This document shows positions 9,146 through 17,607 of a stretch of DNA of 64,000 bases, in pieces. Below the pieces are notes generated by a model that was given only the letters and a program-made list of their open reading frames with translations, made no database searches and was not told the DNA's origin. The stretch is taken from positions 2,833 through 66,832 of the forward strand of contig CAISBR010000081.1 in assembly GCA_903883645.1 (NCBI GenBank). The letters run 5' to 3'. How positions within the stretch are numbered: position 1 is the stretch's first letter; each line of letters starts with the position of its first letter. The translations under genes were made by a program, and so were the position numbers. Origin of the DNA: an uncultured Myxococcales bacterium. Its GTDB lineage: Bacteria; Myxococcota_A; UBA9042.

Positions 9146-9949
9146 CTAAAAGCTTCGACCTACAATGGTTTTTGCCACCCAGTCCGTGCCCGCAGCGTGG
9201 GTCAGCGCCTTGCCAACCGCCAGGTTCACTTCCCACTCGCCCAGCGGGGTCCCCTTAGCCGCCGCCAGGTCCAGCACGCCAAAAAGCAGGTGTTCTTGCT
9301 GGCTCAGCGGCAGCAGCGTCGTGCCCAGCGGGCCTATTCCTGCGTAGTATTCAGCACCTACTGCCACACCGTGTTGGGTGTCAACGCTCACCTTGCCGGC
9401 CGGCTCAAAGTCAGGCTTAAAGGCGTCTTTGCCCGACAGGGCGTAGCCAAAGATCGGGTTAAAATCGACCAAGATCCAGCGATTGCGCCAGCCGATAAAC
9501 GGGCGAAACTCGTTGGCCCAGCCCGCCTCTTCCACAGTCTTGGGCACGGCACCTAGCTCGATGTTCAGGCCCATAAACACCTTACGATTCCGGAGCTTTT
9601 GCGGCGCCCGCAGCTTGACGCGCAGCTTTGCCCCGGCCCAGTGCGCCTGCCCATCGGGCCCCAGCGCCATCTGCAAATAGGCACCCAACTCCGCGTTTTC
9701 GCTCAGTCCGTACGCGGGCTCCAGGGTAAAGCGCGTCACCCCGGCCGGCGCTAGCTCGCCCGCATAGTCTGGCGTCTTTCGGCCACCGTGCGCGTAGTTG
9801 GTGTGCAGCTCAAGGCCAAAATGCCCGGGATCATTCACATCCTCTTCGTAGACCTGGATCTCGTGGCGGTCGATGGCGTAGGCCAAAGTCGGAGTGATCG
9901 CCGCCGTAGCCACAAGAAGTCTAAGCAATATCGGATGTTGAAGCAGCAT
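9146..9949 (-). CDS. Outer-membrane beta-barrel protein (probable porin or transporter-like), signal peptide, terminal Phe
   Basis: N-terminal signal (LLVATAAITPTLAYA). Alternating amphipathic strands, Tyr/Gly-rich, ending in ...GRSF. It is convergent with the upstream lipoprotein gene across a 3-nt gap. Confidence 0.5.
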   Translation of the reverse strand: MLLQHPILLRLLVATAAITPTLAYAIDRHEIQVYEEDVNDPGHFGLELHTNYAHGGRKTPDYAGELAPAGVTRFTLEPAYGLSENAELGAYLQMALGPDGQAHWAGAKLRVKLRAPQKLRNRKVFMGLNIELGAVPKTVEEAGWANEFRPFIGWRNRWILVDFNPIFGYALSGKDAFKPDFEPAGKVSVDTQHGVAVGAEYYAGIGPLGTTLLPLSQQEHLLFGVLDLAAAKGTPLGEWEVNLAVGKALTHAAGTDWVAKTIVGRSF

Positions 9950-9980
9950 CGCCGCCCACGACTCGCCCGGGATGGGCGTC

Positions 9981-10010
9981 GCCTATAATGATAATGAATT
10001 TCATTTTCAA
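9981..10010. promoter_or_regulatory. AT-rich island with a Fur-box-like hexamer array (ATAATGATAATGAATTTCATT), 30-60 bp upstream of the OMP gene start
   Basis: ATAATGATAAT matches 11 contiguous positions of the GATAATGATAATCATTATC Fur consensus. It also contains TATAAT and the palindrome ATGAAtTTCAT. Local GC is about 25% against ~69% for the genome. Confidence 0.4.
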
Positions 10011-10205
10011 ATACAACCGCCGTGGCGACCAACGCTCCGGGGCGCGCGCAACCGGTGCGCGTGCGCGCCGCAGCGCTTGACAAATACGCTAAATTATCGG
10101 GTTGTTCTAAACATTTACACGATCAACACGCCCAGCACTTGAGGCGATTCGCCGCACGCGCCATAGTGTAGGGGTGCTGTGCCCCGCGCACGCGAGAGTC
10201 GAGCG

Positions 10206-11054
10206 ATGAACAGGCGTATTTTCTTGCTAGTCCCGTGGCTTCTACTGGCCAACTTGTCCGCTTGCTCCGACTCCGCCGTTGCCCCTACCTTGACGTTTGG
10301 CAGCGCGGGCACGGCAGACGGCGGCAGCGATGCGCTGGCCGGTTCAGATACCGCAGGCGACAGCGCCGCCTTCGACACCAGTGACGCAGCGACCCCCGCC
10401 GCCGACACAACTCTCGACGATTCTTCAGGTTCTGACGCTGGGGCCGACAGCAATCCCCCGGCCGACGTCGCTCCGACAGACACGGCCCCAGCCGACGCAC
10501 TGGTCGCCGATAGTGCGCTTGCAGATGCAGACCTACTCGATAGCGTGCCAGCCGACGCCGCAGTGGCCGATGCTGCTGTGCCCGACGTCACCACACCCGA
10601 CTCGGCGGCGCCCGACACAGCAGTGCCCGACACAGCAGCGCCCGACACAACGGTGCCCGACACAGCAGCGCCCGACATTGCCCCGCCAACCGACACCAAG
10701 CCGGGCACCGTCTGCGGCAACGGCACCTGTGAACCGGGCGAATCAACAAGCAATTGCCAGGCCGACTGCAAGGGTGGCAGCAACACCTGGACCTGTGGCG
10801 ACGGCGCGTGCGACATCGGCGAGCAGATCTACTGCGCCAAGGACTGCAAGATCGACCCGGCCACCTGCGTCAAAGATCAGTGCCCCGCCGAGCTGGCCGC
10901 GTGCCTAACCAACACCGTGTGCACGCAAGTCTGGGTGTGCGCCCAAAAGTGCACGAGCAACAGCTGCGTCCAGGGCTGTGTGCCGTTTGGCACGACCGTC
11001 GACCCCACCTTGCTGGCGATCTACAACTGCGCGCAAAAACACACTTGTTTGTAG
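10206..11054 (+). CDS. Secreted Cys-rich lipoprotein: D/A/P-rich low-complexity linker plus C-terminal Cys-rich domain
   Basis: Signal and lipobox MNRRIFLLVPWLLLANLSAC. Repeated (A)PDT(A/T)VPDTA motifs. The C-terminal 120 aa carry about 20 Cys (CGNGTCEPGES...CKGGSNTWTCGDGACD...). Confidence 0.6.
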   Translation: MNRRIFLLVPWLLLANLSACSDSAVAPTLTFGSAGTADGGSDALAGSDTAGDSAAFDTSDAATPAADTTLDDSSGSDAGADSNPPADVAPTDTAPADALVADSALADADLLDSVPADAAVADAAVPDVTTPDSAAPDTAVPDTAAPDTTVPDTAAPDIAPPTDTKPGTVCGNGTCEPGESTSNCQADCKGGSNTWTCGDGACDIGEQIYCAKDCKIDPATCVKDQCPAELAACLTNTVCTQVWVCAQKCTSNSCVQGCVPFGTTVDPTLLAIYNCAQKHTCL

Positions 11055-11061
11055 GTATTGG

Positions 11062-14046
11062 CTACAGGCAGCAGACAGAGCAGGTGTTGGTGACCGACTC
11101 CATGCCGTTTGAGGTGCCGCTGGTGGCCGTGGCTTTGTGCCGCATGAGCCGGGTGTCGTAGCCGCTCGCCCAGATCTGCGTGGCCACGGCGCTGTCGTCG
11201 ATGCAGAGGGTCTTGCCGTGTACTTGCGGGCCGTTATAGGCCTCGACGCCGCCGATGTGACCCGAGTAGGCCGTGCTGTAGCCCGCAGCGCAGGCCGTCG
11301 AGCCCAAGCTGGTATAGCAGCCGCCGGTGCAGCAAATGGCACAATTATTCGGCACTTCTTGCATGCCGTTCGAGCTGTCTTGGGCGCGCATCAAGCGGTT
11401 ATTAAAGCCGCTCGCCCACGCAGTCTTGGTGGCCGCGCCAGTGGTGACGCACTCTAGGTTGCCGTGCATGGTGCCGCCGCCCGTTTGGTAGTTCTCCAAG
11501 CCGCCAGGCCGCCCGGTGACCACCGCAGTAAAGCCAGACGCGCAACTGGTGCTGCCCCAGTGCGTGTAGCACGAACCGGCGTTGGGGTGGCTGTGGTCCG
11601 AACGCGAGGCGGTGACTGCCGAACCGCTGCCGGCAAAGTTGACCGCAACGGTGCCACTGGTGGTAATTGTGCCACCCGACAGGCCCGTGCCTGCGACAAT
11701 CGACGTGACCGTGCCGCCCGAGTTCGCGTCGGCGCTGCAGGTGACCGCACCCGTGGCACTGATGCCAAGGACATGCTGCCCAGACGGGCACGCCTGGTTC
11801 GATATGGCGAAATTGCTTCCTGAATAGGTGGTATTGGCATCGGCCGCGCACGAGACTACGCCGCTCGCGTTGATGCCGCTGACGTACTGCCCGGCGGGGC
11901 AGCCCTGGTTCGAAACCGCAAAGTTTGTGCCCGAGTACGTAGTGTTGGCGTCGCCGGCGCAGGTGACCACACCGCTCGCGTTGATGCCGCTCACATACTG
12001 GCCGCCCGGGCAACTCTGCGCCGATGTGGCGAAATTCGCGCCCGAGTAGGTCGTGTCTTTGTCGGCAGTGCACGTGGGCTTGCCGGTGGCGTCGATGCCG
12101 AGCATGTGCTGGCCCGAGGCGCAAGTCTGGTTCGATAAAGCGAAATTGCTGCCCGAGTAGCTGTTATTGGCGTCGGCGGCACAGGTCACTGCACCGCTGG
12201 CGTTGATGCCCGTGACCACTTGGCCCGACGCGCAAGCCTGGCTGCTGACTGCGAAATTGGCACCCGAGTAGCTGTTGTTGGCGTCGGCGGCGCAGGTGAC
12301 CGCACCGCTGGCGTTGATGCCGCTCACATACTGGCCGCCCGGGCAACTCTGCGCCGATGTAGCGAAATTTGCCCCCGAGTAGGTCGTGTCTTTGTCGGCG
12401 GTGCACGTGGGCTTGCCGGTGGCGTCGATGCCGAGCATGTGCTGGCCCGAGGCGCAAGTCTGGTTCGACAAAGCGAAATTGCTGCCCGAGTAGCTGTTGT
12501 TCGCGTCGGTGGCACAGGTCACTGCACCGCTGGCGTTGATGCCCGTGACCACTTGGCCCGACGCGCAAGCCTGGCTGCTGACTGCGAAATTTGCCCCCGA
12601 GTAGGTGGTGTCTTTGTCGGCGGTGCAGGTGGGCTTGCCAGTGGCGTCGATGCCGAGCATGTGCTGGCCCGAGGCGCAAGTCTGGTTCGACAAAGCGAAA
12701 TTGCTGCCCGAGTAGCTGTTGTTCGCGTCGGCCGCGCAGCTTACTTTGCCGCTGCCGTCGATGCCGGTGACCACTTGGCCCGACGCGCAAGCCTGGCTGC
12801 TGACTGCAAAATTACTTCCTGTATATGTCGTGTCCTTGTCGACGGCGCACACGACGGCGCCGCTGGCCGAGATGGCGGTCGCGACCTGGCCGCTGGGGCA
12901 GGCTTGGCTCGCCAGCGCAAAATCCTTGCCGCTGTAGGTGGTATTGGCGTCGGCGGCGCACTGAGCTTTACCTGTACCATCAATGGCATACACCACTTGG
13001 CCGGGGGCACAGGCCTGGCCCGACACCGCAAAATCCTTGCCGCTGTACAGCGTGTCTTTATCGACCGCGCACACCACCTTGCCGCTGCCATCGACGCCGG
13101 TGGCGACTTGACCACTCGGGCAAGCCTGGTTGGATACAGCGAAATTCTTGCCGTCGTAATTAACCGGGGTGTTCTGGTCGGCCACGCAAGTAATCTTGCC
13201 GTCCGCGCCGATGGCCGCGATGATCTGACCGCTGGGGCACGTTTGACCCGAAAGCGCAAAGTTCTTGCCATCATACACACTCGGCGTGTTCTGATCGGCC
13301 ACACAGGTGAGCTTGCCGTCCGCGCCAATGGCCGCCACGATCTGGCCGCTGGGGCAGGTCTGACCCGAAAGCGCAAACGAATTACCATCGTACGTGGGCA
13401 AGTCTTGGCATGCCACCTTGCCGTTCGCATCCACGCCGACCACCGTCTGGCCTTTGCCACACGCCTGCCCCGTCGGCACCAACTGCGGCGTTCCCTTTAA
13501 ATCCGCGAAGTTGCCAGACGTTGCCACCGCAGCAAGCGAGGCACTTTTGGCATACGGCTGCAGCACTTCGGCGGCCAGCATGTCGGCATTCACACAACCC
13601 GAGCACTGCAGCGCCTGGGCCGACGACGCCACCTGCGCCCGCAGCGCATACGGCACCTGATGCAGCGCCAGCCGCGGCAATTCGGCCTCCGCGCCCACTT
13701 GCGCACTAACCCAGGTCGCCTGACCGCCGAAAAACACGGACTTATCCAGCGGGGTCTTGGCGCCAACCTGCACCGCAAACATGCCCTTGATGACCTTGAC
13801 CGCCGGATCGATATAGGTATATACCGCCTTGGTATCATTCACATTTTCGTAAAATCGTAGCGTCAGCGCGTAGTCACCGTCGGGCACCGGAAAGCCGGCG
13901 GCATTGGTCAAACGCCCCTGCAGCGCCAGTTGGTCCTCGACCGCCAGCGCCGGCAGCGCAACGGTCAGCCCGAGCAGCAGCGCCAGCCCCGCCAGCGCCC
14001 GCAGCCAGGTTTTCCCCATTGTTCTAGTGCGTTGCATCCTCATCAT
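11062..14046 (-). CDS. Large secreted repeat protein: N-terminal beta-rich domain, about 16 tandem 37-aa Cys-pair repeats (consensus YSGxNFAxSxQxCxSGQxxxGIxAxGxxTCxADxNT), then a duplicated Cys-rich C-terminal module
   Basis: Signal peptide MGKTWLRALAGLALLLGLTVALPALA. The repeat unit is 111 bp, and three-unit (333-bp) super-repeats are near-identical at DNA level. For example, the shadow ORFs 11991..12182 and 12324..12515 are offset by 333 bp and are nearly identical. The C-terminus holds two ~85-aa modules ending in CAICC and CSVCCL. The exact start is uncertain (candidate Met codons at 14019-14046). Confidence 0.7.
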   Translation of the reverse strand: MMRMQRTRTMGKTWLRALAGLALLLGLTVALPALAVEDQLALQGRLTNAAGFPVPDGDYALTLRFYENVNDTKAVYTYIDPAVKVIKGMFAVQVGAKTPLDKSVFFGGQATWVSAQVGAEAELPRLALHQVPYALRAQVASSAQALQCSGCVNADMLAAEVLQPYAKSASLAAVATSGNFADLKGTPQLVPTGQACGKGQTVVGVDANGKVACQDLPTYDGNSFALSGQTCPSGQIVAAIGADGKLTCVADQNTPSVYDGKNFALSGQTCPSGQIIAAIGADGKITCVADQNTPVNYDGKNFAVSNQACPSGQVATGVDGSGKVVCAVDKDTLYSGKDFAVSGQACAPGQVVYAIDGTGKAQCAADANTTYSGKDFALASQACPSGQVATAISASGAVVCAVDKDTTYTGSNFAVSSQACASGQVVTGIDGSGKVSCAADANNSYSGSNFALSNQTCASGQHMLGIDATGKPTCTADKDTTYSGANFAVSSQACASGQVVTGINASGAVTCATDANNSYSGSNFALSNQTCASGQHMLGIDATGKPTCTADKDTTYSGANFATSAQSCPGGQYVSGINASGAVTCAADANNSYSGANFAVSSQACASGQVVTGINASGAVTCAADANNSYSGSNFALSNQTCASGQHMLGIDATGKPTCTADKDTTYSGANFATSAQSCPGGQYVSGINASGVVTCAGDANTTYSGTNFAVSNQGCPAGQYVSGINASGVVSCAADANTTYSGSNFAISNQACPSGQHVLGISATGAVTCSADANSGGTVTSIVAGTGLSGGTITTSGTVAVNFAGSGSAVTASRSDHSHPNAGSCYTHWGSTSCASGFTAVVTGRPGGLENYQTGGGTMHGNLECVTTGAATKTAWASGFNNRLMRAQDSSNGMQEVPNNCAICCTGGCYTSLGSTACAAGYSTAYSGHIGGVEAYNGPQVHGKTLCIDDSAVATQIWASGYDTRLMRHKATATSGTSNGMESVTNTCSVCCL
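11900..13300. repeat. Array of 111-bp coding tandem repeats organised as 333-bp near-identical super-repeats
   Basis: Derived from the periodicity of the translated 37-aa units and from duplicated shadow ORFs offset by 333 bp. Confidence 0.65.
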
Positions 14047-14072
14047 CCACCTCACATGGTGCGCCCAGTGCC

Positions 14073-16079
14073 CTAGGGCAACCAGGCCGCCAACCAGCGC
14101 AAAAGCCCCGTCCAGGTCGAATTGCCGTTGCCCGTCGCGTTGGCCGGCCCGATCGTCAGTGACTCGCCGCCCAGCTCGAGCCACGCCGCTTGATCTCCGA
14201 CTGCGGCCTGCCCCGCCAAGCCGGCAAAGCCGATCTCGAGCGCATTGGCCTTGCAGCCCTCGTCGGTAAAGCCGTCGCAGTCGTCGTCGACGCCATCGCA
14301 CGCTTCTACGCCGCTCGGCACGACCTCGCCGTCACATACCCCGAACTTTCCGTCTTTGCAGAGTTTCTTGCCATTATGGCATATCCCTACGCCGTCTGTA
14401 CCGTTGCCGCCGCTGTAGCAGTCGCTGGTAGCGGCATTGGGTAACCCCACGCAACCCTTGGCCGGGTCGCACGAATCGTCGGTGCACGGGTTACCATCGT
14501 CGCAAGACTGGCTAGCCGCGCCGGCCAAGCAGAGCGCACCGCCACCCGGGTCAGCCTCGCAGTGGTCGCCCACGCTGCACGCATCGCCATCGCTGCACGA
14601 CGCGCCGCTCAGCACGCTGTGCACGCAGCCGCCGCTTTGTTTGTCGCAGCTATCGCCGGTGCAGGGGTTGGCGTCGTTGCAACTCTTTAAGTCCGGATTC
14701 AGACACTTGCCCGTCGTGCCATCGCAATTATCGGCGGTGCAGGCGTTGTCGTCGACGCACGTCGCCTCGTCGCTTTTGCCGTTGCAGTCGTCGTCTTTGC
14801 CGTTACAGATCTCGATCTTGGCCAAGTTGCTGGTGGTGCACAGGGCGGTGATGATGGTCTGGCATTGCACGCTGCCCCCGGCGCACAGGCCGCTGCCGCA
14901 GGGCTGGCCCACGCCCACGGTGGCGCCGGTCGACAGTTCGACCACAAAGAAGTCTTCGTCGGTCAGGCCGTCGCAGTCGTCGTCTTCGTTGTTGCAGATC
15001 TCTTTCTTGGGCGTCGCGGCATCGGTGCAGACGAGCTGTCCGCCGCTTGTGCAGGTGGGCTTGCCGGGGCACTTGCCCAAAATCATCTTACAGATCAATG
15101 CGTCGCAACCCTCACCGCTCAGGCAGTCGCCGTCTTGTTCGCAGGCCTTGCCGCTGCCGCCGGCTTGGTAGGCGGTCTTAAAGCAGGTCGCGTCGGGCGC
15201 CAAGTTGTCGATCTTGCCGTCGCAGTTGTCGTCTTCGGCGTTGCACTCTTCGGCCTTGGCTACCTTGCCGCTGCACGCACTCAGGCCGTCGGGGCCGCAC
15301 GAGCGCGAACCGCCGCACATTCCGAAACTATTGACGATCTGGCAATCGGTGCTGAGGCCCGACTGCTTGCCCCAGGTGGTACAGGTGCACAGCGCCGCCG
15401 CAGCTTTCAAGCGGCATTGCTTGCTTTGCGACGCCCCGTCTTTCTGGTCGACGCAGCCGTAGCCATCGGGGCAGTCGCCGTCACTGGCGCAGGTGGCGCC
15501 ACAGAACTTGCCGTCGACAGCATAGTCTAGACACCAAGCGGTCTTATCGCCCCCTACTTGGCAGTCACTGTGCGCTTTGCACGGCGAGCAGAGCGAGACC
15601 TGCTTGGGCAAGCACATCGACACGGGGTCGACCGCGCCGTAGAGCTGGCACTCCCAGCCGATCGGGCAAGTCGATGCGCCGCCACAGGTTTTGCTGCACT
15701 GCTTGCCGTTGGCGGTGGTTATGCACGCGCCCGAGTCGCACTGAGTGTCTTGCGTGCAGGTGCAGAACGGTCCGCCCGGGCACTCGCCGCTGCCCACGTC
15801 GCCCAGGGTGTCGCTGCCCGAGTCGCCGAAGCTGTCGCTGCCCGTGGCGTCCGTTCCTTCATCGAAGTCGTACACATCGGTCTGGGCATCGGGGGGCGCG
15901 GCCAAGTCATTGCTGGTCACGTCGGGCGCGATATCGGTCGGCGCTGCCACCGTGCCCGTCGAGTCGTTGCTGCAAGCAGCTGTCAACAAAGCACAAATCA
16001 ATACGAGCGTGCCGGCGCGCAGCGTCAACACGGCGGCGGGTCGTGGCGTGCGACTCGGGGTTGCAATGGGGCAATGCAT
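14073..16079 (-). CDS. Cys-rich secreted lipoprotein with MopE-type putative metal-binding motifs (CNxEDDNCDG..D, CNNEDDDCDGLTDE, CNGKDDDCNGKSDE, CDGVDDDCDGFTDE)
   Basis: The ORF track protein from Met100 (MHCPIATPSRT...LVLICALLTAAC|SND) carries a lipobox. About 90 Cys are present. It contains four copies of the myxobacterial putative metal-binding motif plus CxxDxxxC modules. The stop lies just before the start of the repeat protein gene. Confidence 0.65.
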   Translation of the reverse strand: MHCPIATPSRTPRPAAVLTLRAGTLVLICALLTAACSNDSTGTVAAPTDIAPDVTSNDLAAPPDAQTDVYDFDEGTDATGSDSFGDSGSDTLGDVGSGECPGGPFCTCTQDTQCDSGACITTANGKQCSKTCGGASTCPIGWECQLYGAVDPVSMCLPKQVSLCSPCKAHSDCQVGGDKTAWCLDYAVDGKFCGATCASDGDCPDGYGCVDQKDGASQSKQCRLKAAAALCTCTTWGKQSGLSTDCQIVNSFGMCGGSRSCGPDGLSACSGKVAKAEECNAEDDNCDGKIDNLAPDATCFKTAYQAGGSGKACEQDGDCLSGEGCDALICKMILGKCPGKPTCTSGGQLVCTDAATPKKEICNNEDDDCDGLTDEDFFVVELSTGATVGVGQPCGSGLCAGGSVQCQTIITALCTTSNLAKIEICNGKDDDCNGKSDEATCVDDNACTADNCDGTTGKCLNPDLKSCNDANPCTGDSCDKQSGGCVHSVLSGASCSDGDACSVGDHCEADPGGGALCLAGAASQSCDDGNPCTDDSCDPAKGCVGLPNAATSDCYSGGNGTDGVGICHNGKKLCKDGKFGVCDGEVVPSGVEACDGVDDDCDGFTDEGCKANALEIGFAGLAGQAAVGDQAAWLELGGESLTIGPANATGNGNSTWTGLLRWLAAWLP

Positions 16080-16110
16080 GGGTCGCCAGCTCCCTTGGCG
16101 TCGTTTGAGT

Positions 16111-17607
16111 CTAGCGACTGCCACCCGTGGCGGCAACGGCATTCTCTGCGGCGACACTGCGATCTTGCCGCGCTCGCCGCGATTTGGCCACCGCCCGTGC
16201 CTGATGGGTCTGGTCGTCGCGGCCCGCGTGCTCGGCTGTTTCTGCAACACAACCGCCATCGCCCACCAGCCAGGCCAGCAGCAACTTGCCCAACCGGTCG
16301 ACCGAAAGCTGGTGCGTCTGCGCCGTGGTCGCGAACAGCCAATCGCCAAACGCCAGCAGCCGCGCAAACGGCGCATCCGCCAAAAGCAACGGCAGCAGGT
16401 GCGGAAAGCGCGCAGAATTACCCACCAAATCCCAGTAGCGCGCCAGCCGACTCAAGCGCTGCAGGTCGGCAAATGGCCAGTCGGGCGTCTGCAGCACGAG
16501 GTACGGCGGTACCGGGTCGAAGTGCAGCCCCAGGTTCTGCGCCCGCTCGGCCAGGGGTGTTCCGCGCAGGCGCTTGAGAACTCCGACCTGGATCTCGTGC
16601 ACGCCCAGGCCATACAACCAGTTGAAGCCCTTAGAAAAACTGGCCATATCCTCGCCTGGCAGCCCGGCGATCAGGTCCACGTGCAGGTGGGCATGGGTGT
16701 GTTCGCGCAGCCAGCGCAGGTTCGCCGCCGAGCGCTCCATGTCTTGCACCCGGTCGATCTGCTTCTGACTCGCGGGGTTCAGCGTCTGGATGCCGATCTC
16801 AAGCTGCAGCGTCCCTGGCAAGAACTGCGCCAAGCGCTCGCGCAGCGGCTCGGGCAGCCGGTCGGGGATCATCTCGAAATGCAAGAACAATTCGGGAGTC
16901 AGCCGCTCCAAGAAGAAGTCGAGAATCGCCGCGCTGTGTCCCAGTTGCAGGTTAAACGTGCGATCGACGAACTTGAAGTGGCGCAGGCCGCGGTCGTACA
17001 AGCGGCGCATCTGCTCAAGAAACCGTTCTAAATCAAACGGAACTGCGGTCTTGTCGAGCGCCGACAAGCAAAACGCGCAACGAAACGGACAACCGCGCGA
17101 GGCCTCGACATACACGAGCCGCGTCTGCAGGTCGTGGTCGCTGTACTCCGCATACGGCCACTGAATTTGCCCCAGCTCGGCCGTCTCGGCGTGGCTGATC
17201 TTGCGCGGAACAGCGCCGGCCAAAATCTGCCGACACAGCTGGGCAAAAGCCAAGTCCGCTTGGCCCGTGATCACAAAATCGGCTTGCTGCACAACGGCTT
17301 GCAACTCGGTCTCGTGGCTCACCTCCGGCCCGCCCAGCACCACCAGCACCTCGGGCGCCACAGCCTTTAGAATCGCAACGATCTCAGCTGTATACACCGT
17401 ATTCCAGATGTACACGCCCAGGCCCACGATGCGCGGCTTCTCGGCCAGGATCTTTTCGACGATCTCGGCCGCGGGGCGATCGTGGGTAAATTCGAGCAGG
17501 CGCGTCTGCGACCTTAGCTCGCCCATATTCGCGAAAAGATAGCGCAAACCCAGCGAAGCGTGGATGTACTTGGCGTTGACGGTGGCGAGGACGATCGCGC
17601 TCGGCAC
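16111..17607 (-). CDS. B12-binding-domain radical SAM protein (DUF4080-type)
   Basis: N-terminal cobalamin-binding-like Rossmann segment (IVGLGVYIWNT...VLVVLGGPE) followed by the radical-SAM CxxxCxxC motif (RGCPFRCAFC). Its start abuts the stop codon of the upstream mutase gene (17607/17608). Confidence 0.85.
   Translation of the reverse strand: MPSAIVLATVNAKYIHASLGLRYLFANMGELRSQTRLLEFTHDRPAAEIVEKILAEKPRIVGLGVYIWNTVYTAEIVAILKAVAPEVLVVLGGPEVSHETELQAVVQQADFVITGQADLAFAQLCRQILAGAVPRKISHAETAELGQIQWPYAEYSDHDLQTRLVYVEASRGCPFRCAFCLSALDKTAVPFDLERFLEQMRRLYDRGLRHFKFVDRTFNLQLGHSAAILDFFLERLTPELFLHFEMIPDRLPEPLRERLAQFLPGTLQLEIGIQTLNPASQKQIDRVQDMERSAANLRWLREHTHAHLHVDLIAGLPGEDMASFSKGFNWLYGLGVHEIQVGVLKRLRGTPLAERAQNLGLHFDPVPPYLVLQTPDWPFADLQRLSRLARYWDLVGNSARFPHLLPLLLADAPFARLLAFGDWLFATTAQTHQLSVDRLGKLLLAWLVGDGGCVAETAEHAGRDDQTHQARAVAKSRRARQDRSVAAENAVAATGGSR

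Noticed and set aside
10077-10105. Perfect TTGACA as the -35 element of a sigma70 promoter for the Cys-rich lipoprotein gene
   Set aside because: No acceptable -10 hexamer lies 16-19 bp downstream; the sequences there are GGGTTG or GGTTGT. It is recorded only as part of the AT-rich divergent region.
11900-13300. CRISPR array suggested by regular direct repeats
   Set aside because: The repeats are 111 bp, contiguous with no spacers, in-frame and coding (37-aa protein repeats). The 15-bp repeats at 19310-19366 are likewise contiguous and coding. No cas genes are present.
12220-13500. A 426-aa plus-strand ORF and many 60-240-aa ORFs on both strands inside 11400-13500, several with repeated peptide sequences
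   Set aside because: They are alternate-frame or antisense readings of the 111-bp tandem-repeat array in the minus-strand repeat-protein gene. High GC and the repeats create long stop-free shadow frames. None has independent coding features.
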